The translations under genes were made by a program, and so were the position numbers. Below are positions 25,148 to 36,935 of a stretch of 64,000 nt of DNA, one piece after another. The notes below the pieces were generated by a model. It worked only from the letters and a program-made list of their open reading frames with translations. It ran no database searches and had not been told where the DNA came from. Position 1 is the first letter of the stretch. Each line of letters opens with the position of its first letter. The DNA comes from Eledone cirrhosa (Eukaryota). The DNA lies in contig OZ024743.1 in assembly GCA_964016885.1 (NCBI GenBank), positions 70,370,001 to 70,434,000 on the forward strand, in the 5' to 3' direction.

Positions 25148-28100
25148 CTAACAGTGCTGCGATCGAATGTGGCTTTTTAGCCCAGCCAATGATCTAAAAT
25201 GTCTTGCGCAGAGTCGGCAACCAAAACATTTACTGGGAATAGTCGGCTGTGGTTGGAGTTCGTGTACTTTTGCATGTCGCTTGAGTCCTCCTGCTGATTT
25301 ACATTCTCTACCACATGTTTGGCAAGCATGATGAGTAGCATCTCCAACAGCAGCCTGGTAGTCAACCACTGGTCTTACTTTATGACTGCGAAGATGACTT
25401 TCGAGTCCAGCTTTGCTTAGGCAGAGTCTCGCACAGACGCTGCATGTCAGAAACATAGGAGGACCCTCGCCGTCTGGAAGTGCAACAGCAATACCCTTCC
25501 TCACGTCCCGCTTTACTTTCTCGTGTGCGATTCGAGATGCCTCAAAGGCAACTTTTCCCTCATATACAGTCTTTCTCCATTTATTACGATCAGCAGCAAT
25601 ATTTTCCCATGTATCAGCAGAGATGTTAGCGTCTTTCAGAGAGGCTTTCAAGGAATCCTTATACCTCTTTTTTGGTTTATGTGGCGGTCGTTTTCCTTTA
25701 ACCAACTCTCCATAGAAGAGTTGTTTTGGTATTCTAGAATCCTTCATCCTGGCAAGGTGACCACTCCAACGGAGTCGCTGCTTAAGCACAAGAGCTTCTA
25801 TACTGTCACACATAGAGCTTTCCAAAATCTCGACATCACTGATGTGGTCCCTCCAGTGAACGCCATGTATCCGTCTGAGACACATCTGATGGAAACGCTC
25901 CAATTGCTTAAGGTGGCGTCGATATGTGACCCAGGTCTCGCAGGCATAAAGAAGACAAGAGAGTACACATGCCCTGTACACCTTTACCTTTGTCCTCCTG
26001 CATATGTCTCGCCGACCCCAGAGTCGCCTTTCTAGCTTTCCGAAAGCATCACTTGCTTTCCTAATCCTCAGTGAGATTTCACCGTCAAGGTTGCCGTATC
26101 GATTGACAGTGCTTCCCAGGTAGACAAACTGATCAACCACTCCAAGTCGTTTGCCATACACATAGATGTTTGGTTCAGTGTACTGCCTACCAGGTGCAGG
26201 TTGGTACATGACGACGGTTTTCTTGAGACTGACAGTCAAACCCAGGGCAGTGCAAGCGTCAGAAAATACATTCAAAATGTGCTGCATATCACTCTCTGTG
26301 TGCGCTACAAGATCGCAATCATCTGCATACAAGAGGTCTCTTATGACTGATGTAAATACTTTTGTCTTCGCAGCAAAGCGCCTGATGTTAAATATGCTGC
26401 GTGAGGTTCGATATCGGATGTAAACACCATGCTCGCAATTCCTGAATGCAATACAGAAAACCATTGCAAAGTATATGGCAAACAGGGTCGGTGCTGGAAT
26501 ATCCCCCTGTTTCACTCCATTTTTTACTGAGATAGGCTCCGACATGTTACCTCCGACATTAACCCAAGCCTTCATGTCGTCATGGAAAGACCTAACTAAA
26601 GCAAGGAACTTATCAGGGCAACCAAGTTTCTGGAGAACCTTCCATAATGCATCTCTGTTGACAGTATCGAAAGCCTTTGTCAGATCGACAAAAACCTGAT
26701 ACAGATCCAAGCCCTGTTCAATGCACTTCTCCCGGAGCTGTCTAGCTGAGAAGATCATATCAGTAGTGCCGCGTCCAACACGAAAACCAGATTGACTTTC
26801 AGGAAGGACACAATCTGCAATGTGTGTCAGCAGACGGTCCAGAAGCACCCTACATAAAACTTTCCCCACGACAGAAAGCAATGATATACCTCTGTAGTTC
26901 CCACAATCATTCCTGTTACCCTTTCCCTTGTACAAGACCACCATTACTGCATCTCTCCAGTCCTCAGGCACGGATTCATTAGCCCATATCCCTCCAAACA
27001 GAGAGTGAAGATGTTGCAGGAGTCTCTCACCACCATATTGTAGGAGCTCAGCATGTATGCCATCCATACCTGGAGATCTTCCACTGTTCAGCTTCGAAAT
27101 AGCCACTGCAACCTCCACAAGTGTCGGAGGTTCTGCGAGAGCTACTTTCACAGGACTTTCCGGAATGAGATTGAGGAAATCTTCACTGACGACAGACGGC
27201 TGATTCAAAAGATCATCAAAGTGCTCTCGCCACCTTCGTAGAATTCCCTGTGAGTCACGAAGAAGTTCTTTGCCATCCTTGCTGCGAATCGGTGTCACCA
27301 GAGAAGAAGACGGTCCATAAACCTCACGCAAGAGACTGTACAACAGCTTTGTGTTATTGCAATCAGACGCAGTTTGTATCTCACCAGCCTTCTCACTCCA
27401 CCACTGATCCTTCATCTGAGAAAGACTCCGCCTAACACGTGATTTTACATCCCTGAGCTCCTCATGCAACGTATTCCTCTCCTGTGGCTTTGCCGTCAAG
27501 TAGCGTGACAGAGCGCGCCTCTTATCAGCCAACAAGTCATCTATATGCACATCTTTCTCATTAAACCAGTCCTGATGTTTTCTCTGCACCAATCCCAGAA
27601 CACGTCTGCCTACATCATAAACCGACTTTTTAAGGGTCGGCCAATCCTCACCAAGATCTGCAGCCTGCATCTCTTCTTCCAATGTCCTCTTCACATTTTT
27701 ATCCTTAAGACGAGCAGCATTCAATCTTTTGGGCAGGGTAACACCAGGAGCCCGGATTTTACGTTTGGTGATTAGATTCACTTTTGCGCGTACCAGGCGG
27801 TGGTCCGTCCAGCACTCAGCTCCACGAAGAACACGAACACACCGCACATCCTGTCTGTCACGCATCCTGACTAGGACGTAGTCCAAAAGATGCCATTCCT
27901 TAGATGCAGGATGCATCCATGTGGTCTTGAATTTGTTCTTTTGTTGGAACATGGTGTTGGTAACACACAGATCCAGCTCCTCACACATCTGCAGCAAGAG
28001 CATACCATTGCTGTTACACTTTCCCACCCCATGCCTTCCGATTACATTCCATGTGTTAAAATCCCTACCCACTCTAGCATTAAAGTCACCAAGCACGATG

Positions 28101-28693
28101 ACTTTGTCTGCCTGAGGGATATTTCTTAAAACACCTTTCAAGGCATGGTAAAAGGACAGTTTTTCTTCATCGACAGAATTCATAGTTGGAGCATACACAC
28201 TCACCAGGGTAGCATATCTTCCCCTGTCCAGCGGAACTCTTATGGACATAAGACGCTCACTAATCCCCACTGGGAATTCTTCTAATTTATTCACCAGTAC
28301 AGTCTTAACAGCAAATCCTACCCCAGCCTCTCTTCTGGTTCCTTCATCTCTTCCTTTCCAGAAGAATGTATATTCTCCACAAAATTCCGTAAGATGACCA
28401 TCTCCAGCCAACCTCGTCTCAGACAAAGCCACGATGTCAAGATCGTAACGTCGAAGCTCCTTTGCAACAAGAGCGGTCCTTCGTTCAGGACGCTCCAAAG
28501 AATCCCTGTCAAGCAGCGTCCGTACGTTCCAGCAGCCAAGACTAAATGCCCTGTTTGGCTCTATTACAATGGCACGATGACGGGCGGGCCCAGGTTGTGA
28601 TAACTTGGGGCCCCTGCCCTTATTGCCAATGATCTTTTTTGTTCCAGAACCCAAATTGGCAATTATCTCGTTTACATTGTTCTGGAACATCAT
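25148..28693 (-). CDS. RTE (BovB-like) ORF: APE + RT + three C2H2 zinc fingers (1181 aa)
   Basis: WNVRTL, ALSETR, GDFNARVG, LLDY, TDH, YADD, RLRWSGH; CSVC..HLRSH, CQTC..HAKVH, CRLC..HIRSQH; uninterrupted. Confidence 0.95.
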   Translation of the reverse strand: MMFQNNVNEIIANLGSGTKKIIGNKGRGPKLSQPGPARHRAIVIEPNRAFSLGCWNVRTLLDRDSLERPERRTALVAKELRRYDLDIVALSETRLAGDGHLTEFCGEYTFFWKGRDEGTRREAGVGFAVKTVLVNKLEEFPVGISERLMSIRVPLDRGRYATLVSVYAPTMNSVDEEKLSFYHALKGVLRNIPQADKVIVLGDFNARVGRDFNTWNVIGRHGVGKCNSNGMLLLQMCEELDLCVTNTMFQQKNKFKTTWMHPASKEWHLLDYVLVRMRDRQDVRCVRVLRGAECWTDHRLVRAKVNLITKRKIRAPGVTLPKRLNAARLKDKNVKRTLEEEMQAADLGEDWPTLKKSVYDVGRRVLGLVQRKHQDWFNEKDVHIDDLLADKRRALSRYLTAKPQERNTLHEELRDVKSRVRRSLSQMKDQWWSEKAGEIQTASDCNNTKLLYSLLREVYGPSSSLVTPIRSKDGKELLRDSQGILRRWREHFDDLLNQPSVVSEDFLNLIPESPVKVALAEPPTLVEVAVAISKLNSGRSPGMDGIHAELLQYGGERLLQHLHSLFGGIWANESVPEDWRDAVMVVLYKGKGNRNDCGNYRGISLLSVVGKVLCRVLLDRLLTHIADCVLPESQSGFRVGRGTTDMIFSARQLREKCIEQGLDLYQVFVDLTKAFDTVNRDALWKVLQKLGCPDKFLALVRSFHDDMKAWVNVGGNMSEPISVKNGVKQGDIPAPTLFAIYFAMVFCIAFRNCEHGVYIRYRTSRSIFNIRRFAAKTKVFTSVIRDLLYADDCDLVAHTESDMQHILNVFSDACTALGLTVSLKKTVVMYQPAPGRQYTEPNIYVYGKRLGVVDQFVYLGSTVNRYGNLDGEISLRIRKASDAFGKLERRLWGRRDICRRTKVKVYRACVLSCLLYACETWVTYRRHLKQLERFHQMCLRRIHGVHWRDHISDVEILESSMCDSIEALVLKQRLRWSGHLARMKDSRIPKQLFYGELVKGKRPPHKPKKRYKDSLKASLKDANISADTWENIAADRNKWRKTVYEGKVAFEASRIAHEKVKRDVRKGIAVALPDGEGPPMFLTCSVCARLCLSKAGLESHLRSHKVRPVVDYQAAVGDATHHACQTCGRECKSAGGLKRHAKVHELQPQPTIPSKCFGCRLCARHFRSLAGLKSHIRSQHC

Positions 28694-28701
28694 TGAATTG
28701 G

Positions 28702-28734
<33 letters not shown>

Positions 28735-29081
28735 TAATAATAGTAATAATAATAACAATAATAATAATAATACTACACTATTAATAATTATTAATGCACT
28801 CGTGCAATGCCTGTGCGTGACGAATATTTTTAAAGTGAGGAAAGACTGTGCACTGAACCAATCCCACTCTCTGAGCGACAGTAGCTATAACCCGAAAAGA
28901 AGAAAAGATCAACATCATCGGTAACTACTGAGCCGCAGGTTTTATATCGGAGTTAACCCAGTTTCCTGAGATGCCTTCTCCTAGAAGAATACCCTGACAT
29001 GGGCTAGGGGTTCTTCACTCCCAGTGGTTTAACTGCGCGATCGGGCATCCAGCCATACATACATACATACATACATACATA

Positions 29082-29602
29082 CATGGTGGCTGCCAACTCG
29101 TTTTCGAGTACGGCCACTACTTTATATCCATGTAGGAGAACCTCTACCGGTGCGCTGAATGTGTGTGACTTTTTAGTCCAGCCAGCGATTTGAAAATTCT
29201 GGTACAAACACTACACTTGTGACAATTATTGACACATAGTGCTGGGCCCATGGTACCATGTGACGACAAGTGCAGAGAGATCTACAGATATAAAGCAATG
29301 CCTGTGCCGTGAAGCTTTTATAGTGAGCAAAGGCACTGCACAAAGCCAGTCCCAATATCTTAACCAAGATGATATTTACCAAAAAGAAGAACAAGTCAAC
29401 ATCATTGGATACCATCAGAGTTGCAGGTGTTATATCAGAATTTTCCTTCTCCTAGAAGTTTTTAGTCCTGCAGGATGTCCAAAGTCACCCTCCTCACCAA
29501 GAAACCTTGGTGGAGTTGCCAGTTTATTCGCCAACGACCCGACCATGACACAGGTTGTACTGGGATACATGTTACCAGTAGCACCAACTGGTGACCTGAC
29601 GT
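29082..29602 (-). mobile_element. Non-autonomous bipartite RTE derivative (5' UTR-like part + RTE-type 3' tip)
   Basis: 29295-29330 and 29385-29460 resemble RTE 5' UTR 28805-28840 and 28900-28985. The 3' tip resembles 18604-18640. (CATA)n on both sides. Confidence 0.6.
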
Positions 29603-29641
29603 ACATACATACATACATACATACATACATACATACATACA

Positions 29642-29674
<33 letters not shown>

Positions 29675-30054
29675 GTGTGGTTTACGATTCTAACTAGAGG
29701 TATAAAGTATTCTAAAAAGACGTGGTTGGCTACAAGCGGCTAATTGGCGTAGTTGCTAATGCATTCACCCTGAATTCGCTTGGTGCCAAGTTCGAATTTA
29801 AATAGGCGTTTCTGTACATTTTTTTTTTGCGGTCACCTGGGCACGTTACCTGATTCTCGTAACTTTTGTTATTTATAGTGATTTACTTTTGTTATGGTCA
29901 TTTTACAATGCTTCTTAATTCAACAGCTTTGTATATATGCCTAGCTTATATGACGATATGGTTTCAATAGTTCATTGGCAACAAAGGTTGCACAAAAATA
30001 TTTTGTAATTTATATTTTAATGATACCGTATTTATCTTGTTTATTTATTTGGTA

Positions 30055-30345
30055 TAACCTAAGTGAGGCAAGCGATGCACTGCCCCCTGGAGCAGATACA
30101 AACTGTGTAGTTTGAAATTGCCTAAACAGACTTATATCTGGTGTTGGATGTGCAAAAGTGACTCTTGCAAAATGGGGATATTTAAAGAATGGGTTGTGTG
30201 TGACTGAGGCATTGAACCAGAGACAACTCAGCACCTCCTGATATTCCCCCTGCTGGAACATCCCTTCACAGCATTGGACTTGGCAGAGTTTATTGAAAAC
30301 AGAAACAGCAATATATTCAGCTGTGGTGGAACCACAACTAGACAA
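30055..30345 (+). mobile_element. Decayed Vingi/Ingi-like LINE 3' fragment
   Basis: LPPGAD...CLNRLISGVGCAKVTLAKWGY...C, then frameshifted ETTQHLL. Confidence 0.55.
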
Positions 30346-30554
30346 GCTTTGTAACTGACACACTTATGAATACCACACGCAGAAGAACCTAAGCGAAAGA
30401 TACTCATTAATTGCCTACTTTTTATTTTCAAAATGATCATTGCTGTCATTAATTTGTATATAGTGGGTGCGTCGGGCAAAATCCTACTTTAGAGACATTG
30501 GTTTAGAAGAAAGTAATGAAATATTTGAAAGCACAGATAAAATGACAAGTCGGT

Positions 30555-30800
30555 CAATCATATTGGAGGCCTCCCCACAGCCCCAGCGGACAGAATGGAG
30601 AAGGCGTTTCCCCGAAGGACGGCGAGGGAGACGCGCTGGAAAAGCCATTCCAACTCGCGCGGCTCACACCTGCGGCTGGCCAGCTCAGCGCCTATGGTGG
30701 TGAGTAGAGAGGTAGCCCTAGGGTCGAGGACACCAGAAGTCTCCACTGCCAAGGGTACAACCGCAAACTTGTCGGAGAGCGACCTGTATCTGCGGCATTT
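30555..30800 (-). mobile_element. CRE-like LINE 3' fragment
   Basis: YRSLSDKFAVVPLAVETSGVL...WLFQRVSLAVLRGNA. Confidence 0.72.
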
Positions 30801-31209
30801 AGTCATAGCCATTAACGTTTTGAGTAAATATCTTGGCATAGTCAGCTGTTCCTTTCAACTTTCCGGAGTTGATAAAATAAAGAACCATCCAAGTACAAGG
30901 GTCGATATAATCGAATTTCCATTCTCCCTCACAACAAAAAATGTCACATTTGAGCCGAAATTAGAAACCCAAAATCTGTATTTATGTATGTATACATGTA
31001 TGTATGTTCGTATGTTTGTATGTATGCATGCATGAATATATGTATGCATCCATCCCATGTATGTATGTATATATGTATGTATGTATGCATGCATGCATTT
31101 AAATATGTAGGTATGCATCCATTTATGTATGTATATATGTATGTATGCATGCATTTAAATATGCAGGTATGTATCCATCCATGTATGTATATATGTATGT
31201 GTGTTTGCA

Positions 31210-31870
31210 TATGCATGTTATCTCTTTCTCTTAATTTCGAGTATATTTTTTTGACCGGCCACCTTCCTGGTGGCAAGGTTGTAAAAGAAAAGGAATTGTC
31301 ATCCCTTGAATCGCAAGAATGTTTTGCAAATGTTTAAGGTGCCAGCTATCGCATCCATTTGTAGACTATGAATTAGGGAGCTGCGCTCTTTGTCCGCAAA
31401 TCCAAGTTCAGTTTTACTTTGGTCCAAGCGGGTTGGTATATAACCCGTAGCTCCAATAATGATCGGTATGAAGCTAAAGGTATATCTTGGGTACTGGATT
31501 TGCAAACTCCTCATCAATGGTCCGTAGATGTCCTCCTTCTCCTGTATTTTTCTGACAACGTTTACTTCAAGTGGGCAGCTGATCTTCACAACAGAACACG
31601 TTTTCAATGTGTGGTCCCAAACAACAATATCAGGCCGGTTGTGCTTTAATTTGGTGGCAGTTTTTATTTTCAGGTTCCACCAGTATTCCTTAGTGCCATC
31701 TGTCTCAATATATTCTTCGTCGTTTGTTGTTAATTTTGTTTTCCGAAGTGCGTTCCAGATGGTTCTAGCTATCCCATCGTGTCTCATGGGAGGGAGTAGC
31801 GAGATGACATTCTTTCGCAGCTAGCAACAATGTGGCTTACATCCTCGATCTTTGTTTTACATAGCCTATT
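31210..31870 (-). mobile_element. REL-type (R4/Dong-related) LINE 3' fragment in (CATA)n; distinct family
   Basis: MRHD, EYWWN, HNRPDIVVWD, ISCP, EKEDIY, PIIIGATG. Confidence 0.85.
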
Positions 31871-32519
31871 ATGTAAGTAAGTAAGTATGTATGTATGTAT
31901 GTATGTATGTATGTATGTATGTATGTATGTATGTATGTATGTATGTATGTACGTATGTAAGGAGTCGTACTTTCTGCCGTAGTGTCATACAGAGTCTCTT
32001 GGCCACTTTAAAACCTGGTATAGTAAAGTTCTTCCAGAGAAGGAATAGGAGAGTGTTAGAGAGGCAGCAAGTAAAGGATATAGAGGAACTGGTACTGTTT
32101 TATCGTCCACGAAATGGATGAAAAGTAATGTTGACCTCGGCGAATTTTTAACTTAACACTCAAAGAACCAGAACGAATCCTGTCCATTATGCTAACCAAC
32201 GTTTTAACGATTCTACCACATCACTGCATACGTGTCTATACAAGCACTATGAAATTTGAGAAAATTAAAATCATAATTATTTTAATTATATAGTAATTAC
32301 TTACAATGACAAAAGCTAAAATTACCAATCATATTATGAGGAAAACTCCAATGACAGAATAAATGATGGAACAGAACATATATAGACCTTGTACGTGGTG
32401 ACTTAATGTGCTAAAGCTACTAGTTATATCTCCCTCACATCCCATCTTACCATCTTCAGAAATAAGATATACATAAAAAATGCCGCTTTCCTGAGGTATT
32501 CTAACCATATGCTCATAGT

Positions 32520-32930
32520 ATCAGAGCTGTGATCTCCCAATTCGGAGAAGTTTTGGCGCTTCCTGGAGTGATTCTCTGATCTCCGAGCTACGCTGTTTAT
32601 CGAGTATCGTTGCTACAAAAACCCCTTCGGAGTAACACCATTTCGGTCGCTCGTACTCACGATTGTATTCTTTCGGTAATTACCCTAAATTCATGACCAT
32701 AGTTAAGGGTTGGCACGAATACCGAATTGAAGACAGCATGTTTGTCTTTTACGCCTACTTCCCTTCTTCTGATTGCTGAATGGTGAAGCGGGTGCATTAC
32801 TACACCAGCTCCTGCAATTCTTGTAATTAATTCAGCCTTCTGCCTGCCTTCACTAGTGAACACGGTCCCGAGATACTTATACCTCTCTGCCTGCTTCAGT
32901 GGAATTCCATTTACACCTAGAGTGCACGAG
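32520..32930 (-). mobile_element. Decayed RTE (Expander/Rex3-like) fragment
   Basis: YKYLGTVFTSEGRQKAEL..RI...VFNSVFVPTLNYGHE. Confidence 0.7.
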
Positions 32931-33380
32931 CATTCTTAAGTCAATATAATAAAATACCAGTTACATACTGTGGTTGATATAATCAACTATGTTCTACTAC
33001 AAATTTTCTGGCTTTGTATCTACCTAAGAAATCGATATTACCCAGAGTGGCAACAGAAAACTCCCAAAATAAAACTTCAGTTAAAAGACAACACAATATA
33101 TTTCATCTTGATCAGTTGAACAAAAGATTCACTTTTGATTTTGACTTATTTTCTTTGTATTTATCTATCTATATATTTCTCTACCTCTCTGTCTCACAAA
33201 CAGTAACACACACACATACACTCTTTCTCACACACACTATCTCTCCCCCTCTTTCTCTCTCTTTCACACACCCTCATTCACCTTCTCTCCATCTCTCTCT
33301 CTCATTCACTCTTTCCCTCTCTTTCTCTCTCATTCTCGCCGCAGGTCTTTACAAACGTATTTCTTTGAATTGGCATTTTG

Positions 33381-33452
<72 letters not shown>

Positions 33453-33498
33453 TATGTGCGTATATATATATGTATATTTATATATATATGTGTATATA

Positions 33499-33592
<94 letters not shown>

Positions 33593-33601
33593 TATACATA
33601 C

Positions 33602-33653
<52 letters not shown>

Positions 33654-33654
<1 letters not shown>

Positions 33655-33844
33655 ACGAAGGCTGTGTGGTAAGGAACCAGATGGACCATTACGCACCAGA
33701 GTACTCAATACTTAGGGTAGTAGAGTGGGTAATAGGAAAATGTTTGACCCCGATGGCAGAGCTCTAGCCGTTTCGACAGCTATTTCTCGTCCAGAAATAG
33801 CCGTCGAAACGACTTGAGCTCTGCCGTCGGGGTCAAACATTTTC

Positions 33845-33847
<3 letters not shown>
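33654..33847. mobile_element. Miniature hairpin element family A, copy 3
   Basis: Tail 33654-33732 and IR 33733-33847; (TA)n flanks. Confidence 0.8.
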
Positions 33848-33922
<75 letters not shown>

Positions 33923-34170
33923 GGAGAGAGAGAGAGAGATAGATAGATATACATATATATATATATATGCACACAGACGCACACACAAATATATATATAT
34001 ATATGCATGTACACACACACACACACATATGTGTGCGTGTGCATGTGTATGTGTGTGTGTGTGCATCAGATCTGGCATGCACACATATCTAACATATCTA
34101 TGTATATTTGATTTATAATTTATACGTATTTGTGTGTATTTATGAGTATGTGTATATGTTTGTATTTATG

Positions 34171-34230
<60 letters not shown>

Positions 34231-34268
34231 CATACATATATATACATATATATATATATGTATATAAA

Positions 34269-34331
<63 letters not shown>

Positions 34332-34334
34332 GTA

Positions 34335-34440
<106 letters not shown>

Positions 34441-35224
34441 TACGTATATATATATATATATATTTCATACATATATATATGTGTGTGTGTGTGTATGTGT
34501 GCGTGCGTGTGTATGTATGTGTATATATGTATGTAAATATGCACGCCAGGTTTAATAAATAAAAATATGCAACACCTGAAAAATTCTCTTGACTTCTTTC
34601 CAAAAATATTCATTTTGGTTGGAATGAAGTCATTTATTTTATTCAGATTTATAAATAAAACAGAAATTATGTTTATTGATAACCAGAATTTTATAATCGA
34701 TGTTTCTTCTATGATTACGTTTGTTTATTTATATTTTCTATAATATCTTAAATCAAAATGTTTGAAATGTTATTTTACTTTTTATATTTATTTTTTCAAT
34801 ATGTTGAGCGCCAATTTGCACCATTCTGCCTGAAATGAAGCAAATAAAGATGATAAACTTTTAAAATTTCTTGATTTATGCTCTGACCTAATGGTCTGTC
34901 GTATATTTTTTCAGCATGCTCAGATCTTGTGTCTTTCCTACGCTAAAATATAACTAAATTACGTTATTCTCCTTATCTTCGTGAAAACATGGCTCCAGCA
35001 TGGTCTTAGCTGTGATGAATTAATCAAAGAGAGACATATAGGAACTATAGAGATGTTTTAAAAATACAAACATACATTTAAACATACACAAATGTACACA
35101 CACGAGTATATATATATATGTGTGTGTTTGTCTGTGTGTATGTATATATATTATATATATATATATTTATAAATATATATATATTATATATATATATGTA
35201 TATATGCATATATATATGTATATA

Positions 35225-35277
<53 letters not shown>

Positions 35278-35279
35278 GA

Positions 35280-35521
35280 CAAGTATGTATGTTTTGAAAC
35301 AGTGAGCGAGTTTGAAATTAAGAAAATAGAATAGCTTTCACCGTATTTTTGACTAAAGATATTTTAGAACCCTCAGATAAATGGAAAAAGATGAGTATTG
35401 ACGTACATGGGAGTCGAACCCACATCTGTGGTTATCCAGACAACTGTGCTACCATTACACTAACACATCACCCATCTCCTTCCATTCAAATATGGAGATG
35501 GGTGATGTGTTGGTGTAATGG
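35280..35521 (-). mobile_element. Second copy of the tRNA-like foldback element (cloverleaf 35399-35469, loop CTGGATA)
   Basis: Homologous to 1943-2169 with the same terminus; short inverted arm ~35494-35521. Confidence 0.8.
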
Positions 35522-35524
35522 GAG

Positions 35525-35725
35525 CACACTTTAACAAGACACTTTATTTCACGTTGCTCCAGTTTACTCAGCTGCAAATGAGTACCAGCAATAGCTGGAG
35601 GTTTAACCCTGCTATGGACTGGCGTCCTGTCCAGGGAGGAGTCTTGTACTCTCAGTCGCTTCACGCCATGAAACCGGGATAAGCACCGGCCCAAAGAGCC
35701 TTCTGGCTTAAGACAGACTTTAGAC
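35525..35725 (+). mobile_element. CORE-like SINE body
   Basis: caagacactttatttcacgttgctccag...atggactggcgtcctgtccaggg...cttcacgccatgaaaccggga. Confidence 0.55.
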
Positions 35726-36378
35726 TTACGGCCTGCCCGCCCAGCCAGTGAGATGGCTCATCGTATGGCTAAAACAGCACGTGCTGTGACCAGCGGCGCC
35801 GAATGGCGCCCGACAGGCTGCTCGGTCAAGGTGATCAAGGTGATCAATATATATATATATAATTGGATATATGAGAGGGATGGATACAGATATAAGTATA
35901 CATGTGTTCCAATTGTAAATGACCAAGTTAATTAGGTTGTAAAATACTAATTTAAAACAATATGGTTTGCCTTACTCGATTTAACGTAATAAATCAATAA
36001 AAATAACAAACCTATATCGGGCAAATAGCCTATGATAACAGGACAGACGTAAATCTGTTTCGCAAGAATTAGTAAGTGAAAGCCAGAATTCCTGTGCTCT
36101 TCTGCGGGTATCCAGGAAAATTCGTACCTTTCACTTCAAAGGATCTAAGAAGACTGGACGATGCGCTGATCAAAACGCACATGTCGCAGTGCCTAACACG
36201 TCTCATACTCATGCTGCTAAAAATAACAGGTGTGTTTATGAGACTAAAGTTAGCTCTACATACGGAGCCGAGAATATCATAGATTGAGTTAGAAACTGTG
36301 TGCACCCTCTCTTATATCCAATTATATTACACGGCTCGGAAAGATTCCTTTCTTTGAGCTATTTAATTGTAAAAGACC

Positions 36379-36451
<73 letters not shown>

Positions 36452-36473
36452 CATATATATATATATATATATA

Positions 36474-36601
<128 letters not shown>

Positions 36602-36607
36602 TATATA

Positions 36608-36935
36608 AGGCACGTGGGTTTGTTATTGGGGTGTTCGAATCACAATCGTAAGCTCATGAATCATTTCCCGGTGGTGCGTTGTGTCTTTGAGCAAGACACA
36701 TTATTTCATGTTCCCCCAGTACATTCAAATGGCAAAAATTTGTTGTACCTGTAATTCATAGTGCCCGCCTTATCACGTTTCTATGTCATGCTGAATCTCC
36801 ATGAGAACGAAATTAAAGGTACGCGTGTTTGTGGAATGATCAGCCACTTGCACGTTAATTTCCCGAGCACGTTAATTTCACGTTAATTTGATCATATCAC
36901 CTGGAAAACTCGTCGTCGTAACCGACGGAGTGCCA
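36608..36935 (+). mobile_element. tRNA-derived CORE-like SINE; related copy ~47870-48140
   Basis: Degenerate tRNA head and gtgtctttgagcaagacac core; repeated within the window. Confidence 0.65.

Larger units (their letters stand above)
18604..29055 (-). mobile_element. Full-length RTE LINE, interrupted by the Tx1 element in its microsatellite-rich 3' UTR
   Basis: Putative 5' UTR 28700-29055, ORF 25148-28693, RTE-type 3' tip (gcaatggccatactcgataacgagggggcagccatcat) at 18604-18642; (CATA)n at both ends. Confidence 0.65.

Noticed and set aside
29440-29602. HDV-like ribozyme at RTE-related 5' ends (also 28990-29055)
   Set aside because: A possible P1 and CUAA are visible, but no convincing P3/L3/P2 pseudoknot by eye.
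34785-34850. Possible minus-strand terminal exon (tttcag|GCAGAATGG...AEWCKLALNILKK*)
   Set aside because: Too short, with no partner exons or recognisable homology.
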